From the NCBI RefSeq assembly GCF_026210795.1, contig NC_089432.1:1674001-1738000 (forward strand): 64,000 nucleotides of DNA, in the 5' to 3' direction. This document shows positions 15,104 through 29,900 of the stretch, in pieces. This stretch comes from Rhizophagus irregularis. Its lineage: Eukaryota. Position numbers and translations under genes: made by a program. Position 1 is the first letter of the stretch. Every line of letters starts with the position of its first letter. The notes below the pieces were generated by a model. That model was given only the letters and a program-made list of their open reading frames with translations, was not told the origin of the DNA and did no database searches.

Positions 15104-18100
15104 AGTTTCTTTTTATGTGAAAGTTAAAGTTAAATAGTTTAAATATTAATTCGTGTATTGAAGTTAGTTTACTTCTATTTTCTTTCATTTATACTTTATA
15201 AATTTTTATAATATATAGTACATATAGATTTATTGAATTCTATATATATTTAAGAATATTCTATATAAATAAAGATTTTAAACATTAAACTGTAATACAG
15301 TAAGTATATTTGCAACTGCAAATATTCCGCTCAATGTATCTTTATTCTCAATGATAATTGTTACAAATTCTTAGTGAAATTTCATTTGATTATATCATTT
15401 TATGGGTAATAAATGGGTTTGGTTAATACTTAAGTAGTTAGACCAAGTTATCTAAAATTCATTTTTTTTTGAGATGAAAAGGATTATATCGCGATTAATC
15501 ACATGATATTCTATCAAATTATATAAGCGTTAATAAGCAAACATGTTATTTTTTTCTTCACTTTTGATTTCCGCAATTAACCTAATTGATTTTATTTCGT
15601 AATATAAATCCTAATCTTTCAACTACCTCCATTCAAATCATTCCACCACATTTTGCTTTTGCATTAAACATAATAAGGTAACTTTGTTCAAAAAAAATTT
15701 TTTTTTTTTAGGAGAATGAATAAAATAAAGATACCTTTAGAAAATTAATTTGTAAATAATAACAAATAATATTATTTATAGTATTAATACCATAATCATC
15801 ATTATTAGTGAATAATTCTTTATCAGAGGAAAAAGTATTATACATGAATATAAGTATGTATATATAAAAAGATAGGTTTGCTAAAATCGGTGGATATGAA
15901 AATTAAGAACATTGCATTGGATTATTTTGGATACTAGTGTCATAGACTCAGTGTATACCGTACATGATGATAACGATAGGAATTTTTGATATTATAAACA
16001 TTATACATTAAAATAATCATTTTGGTTATCTTCAAGATTTTGTTCATACAATCAAACATTTGTAGTCGTATAATAATTGTGTTATTTGACGCATATTTCA
16101 AAGTTCAAATTATACTATAGCAGAAAGTGGATGAAATTAATTCAATATTTTTTATGTAAAACAATAGTATTTCAAAGGAAAACTAATTTTTTAATCAATC
16201 AATTGATCGATCAATGTTAGTAAATTTTAAATATCAACCTAATGCTGGCCGAAATTAATCATAGTGCGAAGTTTACTACTCGTAATACAAATTATCTCGA
16301 ATCTTATGATTAAGTACATGATCAATTATGTGATAATTAATATTTTTTGGCCAATTAATTTCACTAGTCAAGAATTAGCCATCGGATTAGTGTCAATATC
16401 AATATCAATAGACAAAAGTATCAATAGAATCAAAAAATGAACTTATAATTATTTATTATATGGCGAAATAAAATGATCCCGGATTTAAGTTATTAACTAA
16501 ACATCCTACATCCCCTCTTCTTAGAAGAAAAACTTTATTAAAATTAACCAATTTCAACTGCTGTAAAATAAAAGGTTAAAAAAGTATTTATTTTAATTTG
16601 TATCAATGGTTTTATATTTGTTCATGTTATTTTTTTTTATTATTACTATATCCATATTTTTGATGATGGAAATTTGTCCTTAAAGCTTCTCATGATTTAT
16701 TTTTCGTAATTACAGTCAGAATTTGATGTAATGTCTATGCAATACAATGAATTTCACGATAAGGTCACCTTATTTATAGAAAGAAAATCTTTTGAAAATA
16801 TAAATGTAGCGGTTCTTTGTAGATAGAATCAATACAATAATCTTGTACTGATTTCTTGCAACCAGGTAGGAAGAATAAATACAGCAAGAAGAACAATTTA
16901 TCAATCCTGCTATTTTGTTCTTCAATTAAATAATCTTGAACGTAAGTACAGTACGTAACCAAATGATTATTCAAGTAGTAGCAAACAATAATCTAAGAAT
17001 GTCTTCATCCAATTACTCAGTAAAATCAATTTATCAGCGTAAATATACTTTAAAATAACTAACATATTTTTTTTATTAAAATAATTTAAATAAATAATGT
17101 TAATATTAAATTATTTTAATTATTCACTCAAAATAATTAGGATAACATTTGGTTTATTAACAAAATTATATTTTTTTTCTTTGTAATCAAATCGTCTTAA
17201 AGAGTACCTTTGAAATAAGAACGAGCACGTAAAATAACTGTGTGTTCAAAATTCCTTAATATTTTAATTTGAATAATAACACTATAGTCGTCGTCATTAT
17301 TTAATATATTAAGAAAAAGTCCTTTGAAAGATTGGAATGACTAATAGTTATTCATTCAGCATAAACTGTACACCAACTCTTTTTCTTTTAAAAAATGACA
17401 TTAATATCTCATTTATATAGCAATTATGTTTGATGCATCGATAATATTAATTTTGAACTTCCAATTTATCAAAAAAAAAAAGTTAACTTTGATAGCAAAA
17501 AAAAAAATATCCAATTAAAATTTCATTAACCGGAACTGCGATGAAAATCTCTCAGATTGGCCATCGGAACGTACACATGACCCGATAATAATTATGGAAT
17601 AGATCAGGCGCAAACGAATCACACGTCAAAATTATTTATACTAAACGTAACAGTTACACAAGACAAATTAAGTAAAATCAGTCATATGAGCGCGGGATTA
17701 ATTTTTAAATTACTTTTTTACTCTCATCCTGGTTGATATAAACTTTTTTCCAATTTTATCAATTTAAGTATTATTATATAACCACGAGATTGAAGTTTAT
17801 AATAATTAATGGTATGACCTTTATCATTACTAGATTTAAAAAATAATTAACATATGTAATCTGATATATAATGACAGTTTATTTAGGTTACGATAGAATT
17901 ATTGTCTAATCATAATGATCCAAATGAGATTTTTTCAAAAATTTTTTTTATTAAAAATTTCCCTATTTGTAATAATATTATCAAATTTTTTTCATATTGA
18001 AACCCGCCCACTGCAATTTTCTGCAAGTACATGGCGCAAAATTTACATTTTACAATGCTGGGTGAAAATCATAGATAATTTAGGAAGTTTTAAATGATAT

Positions 18101-18643
18101 AATAAATTTACGATTGAGAAAACATAAAATAAAAAGAAAATTGGGAATAACTTTTAACGTCACTTCTTAATTATAAACATAAATATAGCATTTTAAAACA
18201 ATATTAAGCTTTTTTCGGACCAACTAACTGTGCACTGCAAGATTTTCATCCCGCCCGTTTTTAGAAGTAGGCGATTAATTTATGTCGATCTGTTTGCATA
18301 CCATCACCTGTCGGGTCGGGCACTTGTTAAAAATAGGTGGGTGGCTGAAGTTTTGAGTACAAAAAGATGATCCTTTTAACACATAAGTGACATAACGATT
18401 GCCATAAATAATAATTACAATAATAATAATAACAATGAAAAATGTAAAGAATGATCTATCGTAAACAATGATTAAAACGAAATGTATACGATTTCATTGA
18501 TAATAAGAAGGGTAGCAATATAATTATGCAATTTGTTGATTCATAATTATCTTATAAATATTGGGCATTGGTATTTATAAAAAATACTCTCTTCAGGAAA
18601 ATTTTAAAAATTTCTTCCTATATTTTGATACAAGAAAAAAAAC

Positions 18644-21600
18644 ATGACAGAAGATCCAGAATTCGGGGACAAATATGGTGAAAATATTACTTTATGTGAC
18701 CATTAGCCCAGATGGTTCGGTAGTAGCGACATTCAATCCATGTAAGTTATAAAAATATATCCAATCTTTTATTTTTTAAAAAAAAAGAAAATAAGAAAAT
18801 AAAAAGGTAAATTCCTTTAAACTTATTTTTTCAGATGACCCTTCTATATTAATCACAAGAGTGGTGACAAATGATGCAGCAACAAGTGAAACAGTGATAA
18901 GTGAGGCAGTGACAAGTGACACAATAACAACTGAAGTGGTGACAAATGAAGTGGCAACAAGTGAGGCAGCTACAAGTAAAGTGATAACGAGTAAAGCAGT
19001 AACGCATAACAAGGCAAAAATACAAGTTGATATAAAAAAAATATTCGACAAGAAACCATCTAATATTATTGGATGGTCTTTAGCAGTTTCAGATATCGTG
19101 GACGATAAAAATAATATTGGCTTGGTTGCAATTTCTTGTATAACTGACAAAGACATGAATCCAAAAGGGGGCGAAGGCATGGATCCAAAGGGTGATGATG
19201 GAATGAATCAAAAAAACATGAATCAAAGAAAATATCAAATTTATTTCACTCTATTACGACCATTTATCAGTAATCAAAACTGGATTCTTCTTTATTATTT
19301 GTCGATAATTATTATAATACTTAGTAGTTATATTTACATTTATCTAATTATTACTATTCCCATTTGTATTCTTTTATTTTACGAATATTATTACACTCGT
19401 AAAATTCTAGTAACCGATATTAAGCAATTTCAACTATCTCATGCTTCTGGTGGAGGAATGATAAAACTTTTCAAATTTTCGTTTGACAATAGTAACGATA
19501 TTAATGTTGAAAACATTCCTCCAATAAATCATCGTGGTGGAGTCGTTACCTTTTTAAGATATACTAAAAATTCCCAGAAGAAAAGTGCAACACTTATCTG
19601 CATGGATTATATGAGAATACAAAAGATTAAAATTAAGTTAAAATCAATTCAAAAAAGGATGCAATTTGGTTGCCGCAAAAATATTTCTGTATCAAAAGAT
19701 GGGACCTACCTATTACCTGAAAATTTATTTGAAAAATTAGAGAGTATCAAGGATGCAAAACGTAATTGGAAATTTCTTTTAAAATCTAGGTATCAGGAAT
19801 TTTTAATGATTGATACAAGCAACCATCAAAAAATAAACATTGAAATATATGATGTTAATAATTTACAATTAGTGAATGTTTTTTACAGGCATCGTGGAGA
19901 ACAATGTTTGAACTCAAATGATAAAGAACCTGGAATTTTTGCAATATCAACTGATTCGAGATTATTTGCTTATTCTTATTATGGAAATAACGTTATTACA
20001 CTTTATTTAATGGAAAATGGTCTGGAAATTGTTTCTAAAAGATTTGATAAAATTTATAAAATAAAATTTTTAGAATTTATTGAAAAAGATAAGAAACTAT
20101 TCATTATTGGAGAAGACAAGGAGCATAATGTGAAATTTCACATTTGGATTATATCAGGATGTTTTAAAAATGATTTTCCTGTTTCTAGAGATGATATTAA
20201 ATTATCAGGTAATGATATTTCTACTTTATTGAAATATGATGAATACTATCATACTTTAACAAAAGCAAATGGAAAAATAGTCACTCTTGAAAAGTATAAT
20301 GAGGATCGATTTAAAGTACTATTAGATATACTACCTATAAAAAGAACGGCCTTTAGAGAAAATGACGTTGTGGCTGATGAGCATAATGAGCATAAATATA
20401 GATCAAGTGATCTGGAACCATGGAATAATAATGTTAATGATACAAGAACTATTCATGGTAGATTTCTCAACAATGACAGAAGATTTCTCTTTATTATTGG
20501 TCAAAATAGTATTCAAGTCTGGAAATCCAAATCTCCATATTTTATAGATTTTAACGATTTTCATAATTTTGAAGATTCCAATCTTGTATATATTTTAATA
20601 AGTGACAATATCAGGCCGGAGGCGGAAACTAAATTTCTAGTTGAAGATGATATGACTACTGTTATAACTCATGCATGTAAATCACTTGCTTATCTATATA
20701 GAAGTACCAAAAGTATCGATTCTAAAAAAAATCAAAAGTTTGTTAGTGGAATCATAAATATTATCAAAGATTTTATTAAAAGATACCCTGATAATTGGAA
20801 ACTTATGGAGGTTCAACATCCTTTAATGGCATATCTTATTTATTCACGTTCATTTCCTTTAATAAAATACATTCTATTCGAAAATTACACAAACCTCAAA
20901 GTATATATAGTTCTTACCCATATTATGATGGTTTGGAATTACATAATGATTTGGAATTACAAAACAATTATTTAAAATCAGCTAATGATTTGACATTAGC
21001 TTTAAATTTTGTCAAGGTTAACATTTTTAAGATCTTTGTTATTTACTCTTATTAATTAGTGTACTGTATTATGACAATCAAATTTTCTTTATAGATCGGG
21101 ATGCTGTGATGTTGGCGTATTTATTGGAATATTATTCTGAAAATTTTATGTCTCATATAGGTTGGATGCTTAATGTTACAAAAATACTTCCAGACTTATC
21201 AAAATTATCTAATCATGATTATTATGGTATGTACAGTTATAATTTGTTATTACTATACTTTTATTAAAAAATTTTATTATTTGTTTATACAGGTAATTAT
21301 ATGGATTCATTACTCTTTAAACCTTGTTTTGGAGAAATGAAGTATAATTTTCCGATTAAAAGATTTCAAAAATTATCAGTTTGCGAAAATACATTAAAAG
21401 TATATGTTCCAGTCACCGCGCTTATATCAACAAATCTTTCAAATATTTTGCGATATAAAAAAGTGAGGTATAGTATATCATTATTTTATCTATCTCATCA
21501 TTTTAAATCTTCTTTATAATGTTTTTCCTTTGATGTAGACATGAAGAATTACACAATCTTTATATGGTTCCAATTACAAACTTTACAACTCATAATCATA

Positions 21601-23103
21601 ATTCAAAAGTCGAAGTAAAATTCAAAAAAGAAATTATACATTTATTACGAATGATATTATTTCCACCTGGTTATAAGTCCCTAGAAGAAACATCTTTTAG
21701 TCCATTTCTTCGAATTAAAAAGAGCGAAAAAGCATTTTTTAGCATTCCGGCTATGGAAGCAGTTATAAATTCAAGATGGCCACAGGCAATGACATATTTG
21801 ATGTTACCTTTAGGTTTATACGTTGCTTTTTTAATTCTATTCGACACTATTTCTTGGTTTTATTTAAGTGATGATCTTCCTTTATTTGCATCCATATTGG
21901 TAATGTTTTATTATATTGGAACGTATTTATTAGCAATTGAAATTAGGCAAATAATAAAGTATAGAACCAAATACATTACGATATTTAATGTATTTGATAT
22001 AGGCAGTATCATTTTTGCTATAATTGTTGCTTCAATGATTCTAGCTAATAACATCATTGAAAATTATAGTATCAATATAGTAACAATTAATACTGATGTA
22101 ATTGTTGGTCTAATATCAACGACTACATTAATTCTTTGATTGAAATGGTATGCTTAATAATCTTTATAAACTTTAATTTTTTAAACAATTTTATATTACT
22201 AACTATTTTTTTATTTCTTCAAGCTATTATTGTTTCGACTATTTTCAGTAATAGCAATAAATATATTTATTTTTGGAAATATTTTTAAAAAGATCATACC
22301 GTTTTTTACATTCATGATCATCCTTATAATCGGATTTGGTTATTCAATGTAATTTTGTTTTTACTTTTATTCTTATATATTAAATATGTTAAAAGAAATT
22401 AACTTTATTTATATTTTTAAATAGGTATGTTTTTTTTTGCGTATCCATCACTTCTTACTAAAGAAGATTTAACATCAACGGAAGCGAGTCAAGATAAACC
22501 TCTTGACACAATATGGGATGCCGTTCTTTCCATGTATTATTTAAACACAAATAATTTGGATGATTATAGTAATTATTGGCCATTCAAGTTATTAGTCTTT
22601 ACTGCAAATATTGTTATAGTTCTTGTCTTATTAAACATGATTATTGCATTAATGAAGTAAGTATCAGCAATATTTATTAAGATGTATTTGTTTACAAATA
22701 TTTATTTAACCTTCAACCTTTATACAAAAAATTATTTAGCGACACATTTAATAAAGCTAAGGAAGATAGTAATCTTGGACTTATGATGTATAGAACAGAA
22801 CTTATTGATGATTTTGAAAGACTTGAAATTCCATTTATTAATTTCAAGTTATATAATTCACCATATATTTGTTATCTACAAGATCCTGACTTGATGAAAA
22901 AATGGATGGAAAAATCTCAAAAACTTAGGGAATCAAAATTATATTCATGGTTTGATGAGAGTGTTGACAATGACAACGTTAGTAAAGAAAACAGGACTTA
23001 CTATGATAAAGTTAATTTTACACCTTGGTATGAACTTATCTCAGGTAGTAAAAATCAAGTTCCTTTTACTACACTCGAAGATCATGAGACACTTTGGTTC
23101 TAG
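18644..23103 (+). pseudogene. TRP-like cation channel paralogue 1, disrupted
   Basis: Multi-exon gene collinear with paralogues 2 and 3. C-terminal ion-transport motifs FNVFDIGSI, LFSVIAINIFIFG, DTIWDAVLSMY, LLNMIIALM and DTFNKAKE. Lesions: extra T in exon 1 (~18690), frameshift near 20885, TGG>TGA at 22137-22139. Confidence 0.8.
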
Positions 23104-24152
23104 TTTTTTTTTTTATTTTTTCTTATTTATTATATTAGGATGTATTTACTTTTGATGTATCTTTAATTTTTAAATTATTTATTTCAATAAAGAATCTATT
23201 AATGATACTTGACATTATTTAATTAATTTGAAACACGTATATTTCATATATACAATGAGTGAATGAAAAGTTTATTATTACAGTAACTTCATTATATTTT
23301 CCAAGATCTTATTGCATATTTTTGCTTAAAATTTTAAAATTTTTTATTTGATGATTATAGTTTGACAAATTTGTAATTAGATACAACATTTTAAACATTA
23401 TTATGATATATAACACGCACATGTATAATAAATACAGTCAGCTTTATAACGAATTTCTTAGCACGTGACATCAGCCAATCAAAATATCAAATGCCTTCAT
23501 TATAACGAATCGGTCAATTAAATTTCTTAAATTCTTTGAAATAATCTTATAACGGAACCCGGAGGGTTCGTTATATTGATATTGAATCATTCAAACCCTT
23601 CACCAAATTAGCAGTATTATTATATTTGTTCATTCTTCCTTAATTGTAATAACATGAGATGCTTTCCTATCTAATTTTAAAAATTTGGCTTGGAATTAAA
23701 TTTATCTGTTATAAGGAGTTTAAATTTTGTATCATTTTATTATATCATCTATTTTCGCGTTTTATTACTCATAATTCATAATCTAAATAGTCGTCGTATG
23801 TAACATTATAAATTTAGTTAACCATAATTGGTATATCTTCACGTTATCACGCTATAATAGATTTTCCAGTATATAAGTCATCTTTTAAGAAAACTTTTTT
23901 ATCAAAAAAAAAAAATACTTAAATACTTTGACAAAAAATATATCCTTCAAAAAAATATTTTTTCTCTTCAAAAAAAAAATATTCCTATTCAAAGACGAAG
24001 TTTATTTACGAAATATCGGGTAAAGTTTGTTTATTAAATAAAATTTTTAGTCGCCTCTCAAATAATGAAGCTTATTGTATTGCGTTTCTTTTCTTTTCTT
24101 TTTTTTCTATAAAAAAAAAATAATAATAATAAATAAATAAAAAGGTAACGAA

Positions 24153-26280
24153 ATGACTGCTAAATTATTTGAATATAATATGTCTTTTATGGCACCTTTT
24201 GGAACGTTAAACTTCGATAACTATGATTATATGGACTCTGAAAGTGATTGTGATTCTACTAGTTATTATGTAAGTAGATCAAATCGATCTTTACGCTTTT
24301 CTTTTGGTTTATTTATCATATACTTTTTATTTTTTGAAGGCTGATAGAGAATATAGTGACGACGATTTAGAAGATAGCGAGAGAGACGATATTAGCGACG
24401 TTTATATTAAAGAAGAAGTTATTGATACAAGTAGTGACAATATAGGAAGCTATGATAATTTCTCGGAGAGAAGTATTGAAGATGATTTATATGCTCGAAA
24501 TAGTTTTCCCAACTATGATTTTGATATGGTAGACAATAATAACAGCGATATTGACATCTACGACGAACCTGTTATAATCAAAATGGAAAATTCTTTACCT
24601 TTTGGCTCCGAGAAACAGGATTCAAATTTTGTTGATCACTACATTGGAACAATTCAAGCTCAGAATCCTAATAGCGAGTTGAGTGATGAAACTGTCAGCA
24701 TTAAGATGGAGACAAGTGGTGATGAAACTGTTTGTGTCAAGACGGATTCACGTGAATTTTTTAACGGTTTGGAAGATGATTTACCTGACAACACAATTAA
24801 TAAAATTAAAATTCGATCATGTAAATACTCTAACTGTGAGAAAGGAGATGTACATGAAAATGATCGACCCGTTGAAGATTTATGTGACAACACACTTCAT
24901 AAAGTTAAAATCAGGCCATGTGAATATTCCAATTTCAAGAAAAGAGATGTACATGAAAATGAACAATCCGTCGAAATTAAAATTGAGTCATTTGAAGATT
25001 TAAAAAGTCTGGAAGAGTTTTTACGTTATGATGAAGCTGTTAGAGCTAAAATGAGTTCAAATGAACCGTTTAGTGAAAGTATTATTAAAATGGAGCAAAC
25101 TGAGTATTGTCCATCTTTCGATAGCTTGGAAGAATTTTTACGTTATGACGAAACTATTAGAGCTAAAATGGAATCATGTGGAAGATCCTTTTACGATGAG
25201 GAAAGGAATTTAAGCTCCAATAATCAAACTGTTCACGTTAAGATGGAACCATATGAACCTTTTTACGGCGAGGAAAGAAATTTAGACGATAATAATCAAA
25301 CCGTTCACGTTAAGATGCAATCATATGAACCTTTTTATGGAAATGAAAGAAATAATAATTCTGTTCACATTAAGATGGAACCATATGAACCTTTTTACGG
25401 AGCAGAAAGAAACTTAACGTTAAGGGATAATAACCAAACTGTTAACATCAAGGTGGAACCATACGAACCTATTTCCAACGAAAGATATTTAAGCGATAAT
25501 TATCGAGCTAAAATTGATTTAACTAAGCAAAAAGAATTTCAAGACAGTTTAGAAGAGTTTTTACGTTATGATGAAATCATTGGAGTTGAAATGGAGCCAT
25601 ACGGATCTTTTCACAATGTCAACGTAGATAGCACTGAAAAGGAGTTACGTGAATTTTTTAACAATGAGGAATATTTAAGTGATGATAGTTATGAATCTTC
25701 TAATGGCAATGGTGAATACTATAAGATTTTTAACGAAAATTTGAGAGACGGCGCGACTGTTAATATTAAATCACACAAACTAATTAGAAGTGAGGAATTA
25801 AATATTGACGATAGCATTTTATCTTATGTTAATGTTGAAAGCAGTGATAATTGCGCAGATTTTGTAGACAAGCAAATGAAGGAATATAATTTACCTGATT
25901 ATAATAGCGGTAATGCATATTCAGGTTTTGAAGGCAATAATAATATTGCCAATAAAATGATGGACAATTTTGAAATCAATCACCACTTTTGGAATTATGT
26001 ACCATTCTTTGATATATATTCTACGGCTTCACGACAATCTTCAAAAAGGAAATTTGAAAATGATATTTATGAAGAACAATATAGTAGGGATTTATTATCT
26101 ACAACTAAACAACATGCATATAGGACATCACTGAATGAAACAACAGGAGAGAGTTCACAAAAAAGATGTCGGTTAGCATACCGCATGAACGAAAGACCAT
26201 ACAAATGTAATTGCGGAAAATTATTTAGAAAGTCTGCAAGTTTAAACAGACATCAAAACTTAATTCATCATAAACATTAA
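24153..26280 (+). CDS. Acidic repeat-rich protein with a single C-terminal C2H2-type zinc finger (intron 24270-24339)
   Basis: GTAAGT..GAAG intron joins exon 1 in frame to the 658-aa ORF; ends RPYKCNCGKLFRKSASLNRHQNLIH; internal VHVKMEPYEPFY and SLEEFLRYDE repeats. Confidence 0.8.
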
Positions 26281-26728
26281 TATTGCCAGTATGGATTAGA
26301 AGAATTTATTTAAGAAATTTGTATATTATTTATTAATTAATGTATTGCTATTCTAAGTAAATTTTTTATTTTATTTTTAAAACAAACAAATAAAAGGAAA
26401 ATTAATTATGTTCATTAAAAAAAAAGTCCGATTAACTTTTGTGAATTATTAATGGAAATCCTTAATTTTGATGACTTAATCATTATTGCACGCAATATTA
26501 TTATTTTTGTTATCTAAATTTACAAATTTTAATCTCATACACATTAAAAACAGATAATTGTAAATCTATGTACAGTATGACTTTGTAAAATTCTAGAACT
26601 TAACATATTAATACTAAGCAAATTGTATTGTTACTCATACATTAAACAATTGTTTTAATTTAATATAATAAAAAATAAAAATTGAAGTATCAATAAAGAA
26701 ATAAAAAGCATACTAGTATATATTTAAT

Positions 26729-26934
26729 GAGTGATACGGAAAGTTGTGGAGTCCGGTGGGGATGATGAGTGGAGTACGGTCCTATGTGACAGTTTACTCA
26801 AGTGATAAATAACACGATGGGCTAAACACGTGATTCAGAGTGGCCGAGATACTATTCATCACCTGAGTACGCTTCACACCCTTTATGTTACACACCGCCA
26901 AATGTCACCGTACTCCACAACTATTCGTCTCACC
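26729..26934. mobile_element. Mutator-like MITE
   Basis: TIRs GTGATACGGAAAGTTGTGGAGTCCGGTG / CACCGTACTCCACAACTATTCGTCTCAC; 10-bp TSD TATATTTAAT (26719-26728, 26935-26944). Confidence 0.8.
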
Positions 26935-29900
26935 TATATTTAATCGTCCGAATTAGTACTGTATATATCATTACGAAAGGTGATGCAAAAGTTACGTTAT
27001 TGATGCATTATTAAGTAAAATAACTACTCATGCGATATCTGTTTATGCATAAATAATATTAACAGATAATAAAATGATTTTTATATTAGAAATTGTAAAA
27101 TTATTATTTTAAAAGAATGTAATAGATAAGTAGATTATTACTACTAATACTCTTATATTACAGAAACTTAATTAAATTATTATTGCGTAGATATTTTTGA
27201 CGCATTACGTCATTTGATTAAATATCACATATATTAATCTTTATAGGTAAATAAATAAGCTTATATAGTTCATTTATTATTTTTTTTTATCTCATGTTTA
27301 CTAATTGGTCGCCAGTGATTTTTTTGATGATCTATTCATGCCTGTAATTTTTCTGATGATTTTTTTCATGCTCACGTGTTTTTATAGTTTATTTATACCT
27401 TTCCCACTCCTTCATCACTGGACGGTAGCCTCCAATGAGATAAAAGAGTGCGCCGTGAAAATCATTGACATTCATGACTCCCCGTGAAATAACTATTACT
27501 TATGGAACAATTGGAACATGATCTTGGACGTCTGCATAATAACACAGTTATTAGTAATTAAATTTAAAATTAAATAGTAAAAATAGATAAATAGATAATG
27601 AACCCTATTTTATAAACAAATAAATTATAGTATACTTTTTTAAATATAATAATTATTTTTAAAATTTTCAACTTTATTTTATAATTTTTAACTTTCTAAT
27701 TTTTTAATTTTCAGTTTTCAATTTTTTTATTTATGGTACTTTAAAAGTATTAATCGCGCATGCGATACCTCCTTTTGGAAATTTAATATACCGATCATTA
27801 CCGATCATTTCCATCATTTCCATTTATCTCATAATCAGCATATTGAATTCCGGAGGTCGCTCTCTTAATTTATCCAGAATTTTGAAATTTGTGTTCTTAT
27901 ACGTATTCTAAAACATATTGAAAGAAGCAATGTGAAATGAATATTACACAAATACCTATGGCATAAATATATTTCATGTTTACTATTGAACATTCAATTT
28001 CGCCTCAAATTAAGGTCATTATTTTTTGCTTAAGACAGCAAAGTGAATCTTTGATGAGTTTAAAATGAGTATATCCCTACAGAATACAGTCCACATTTCT
28101 TAATATTAAAAATGTCGTCTCATTACTTCATATAATTCTTTTTGTTCTGTTTTTAAGTAATTCTGATGTTTTAAATCGTCATCATCTTTAAATTTTCAAT
28201 TTTATATTCATCTATGTTCAAATGCTTCAACTCTTACATGAATTGTTTCATCATGTACTAGTACTACTTATTATTAATCTACCAGCTTTTTTTCTTGAAA
28301 CTATAGCACATCCACTTCTGCTAACCTTTATCCTTCCTAATCGTATCATTTGATCAAGATATTGAAATTACTTGTACTTTATTGGCTCTGGAATTTTCTT
28401 CATGATTTATAATAAGCTAATTTGAATGGTTTCGACACCTCTTGATACTTCATTGTTTTGTTATAAAAAAAGATAAATTTGGAATCTAATAATATTTGTT
28501 AAATTAAAATAAGAAGTTTATATATTCTTTAAATTATTTTCGTTATTACTCTCTCTATATAATCTCACCAAAATTTTTTGCAATATATTCATTATACAGT
28601 TCTTAGAATTTATTTTCTTAAATTTCTTTAAAATTCAAATATTTATTCATACAATTGTACAATAAAACTTTCTATTTGTTTAAAAACTTTCAATATCTTC
28701 TTCAAAAAATAATTTTTTAAACTGTAAAATACACTCAATTTAAATTTTCTTCAATCCTTTCCGTAAGATTAGTAATTTTTCTTTTATTTATCAGAGTATT
28801 CATTCTTTCTTAATGTATTTCTTTAGCTTTTTTTATTATTGTATGAGCTACAAATTGTATAGCTGATTTATATTTGGAAGGATTGAAAGAGGAGTTAAAG
28901 TTTCCAAATCATTCATACGTTCAACGATGCCGTTAGTAATATTAGTATTAAACTCAAATCACACTTCCTCAGTGATGTCAATCTGTAACGTCACTTACTC
29001 ACTCGAATACCTTATAAAATGTCCTTATAATAAATGTAATAAATGTGTAAATTTTTTTATATCAGGTGACCATAATAGTTAAGTTCAAATAATTTTAATA
29101 ACGGACCCAAGTTCACATGACTGCACTAAAATTGACATGTAAGATAATCATCGGACTGTGCTCCATAAGGTATACCGTTAATATCATGAAAATATATTTT
29201 GTACGACAAATAATTTAAATGATTTCTAAAAGAGATTTATTTATATTGCTAAATATTTTTCCAAACTTGGCATTTAATTAAATTAATCCAATAAATATTA
29301 AAATCTCACATGTACTAACAAGAGGAAATTTAATTACTATAAGAAAATGAAGTAAAATTTTAATTGATAGTTAATTGGAAAACTAGCAGTTTTATTTGAA
29401 TCATTATAATGGTAATTATTTACAATTTATTTTTTGTATATTTTAATTTAAAACCCTTTGAATAAATACAATATAGGCAATAAATAAATATATTGTGACA
29501 ATTTCTGAAAAGTTATCATACCACTAATATTTTTCTGGTTTATAAATCCATTACAGAAGGAAATTTCTGCTGTCAATCTGATATGATCTGCGATAAATAA
29601 TTAAAATAAAATAGTCGCAAGTGTCGCGGGATAGTTCTTAATATATCAAATATATATATATGTTTATCAAGAAGCATATACTATATCAAGATCGATACTT
29701 TTGCAACGTTACCTTTGATTTTTTTTTTACAATAGAAAAGAGTCAGGTCCGAAATTAATAATGAACAAATTTGTGTAGCCATATATATACGTCCATCCTA
29801 ATCAAATAGAAATAGTAAAAAGAACGAACTTTTTTTAAAAAAAAAACTCGTAATGATGATACAAAAGGAAAGCCATTTAAGAAAGTGGTAAACTTATTAC

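Noticed and set aside
28100..28990. Possible decayed minus-strand gene
   Set aside because: Coding-like composition, but many stops and no recognisable motif.
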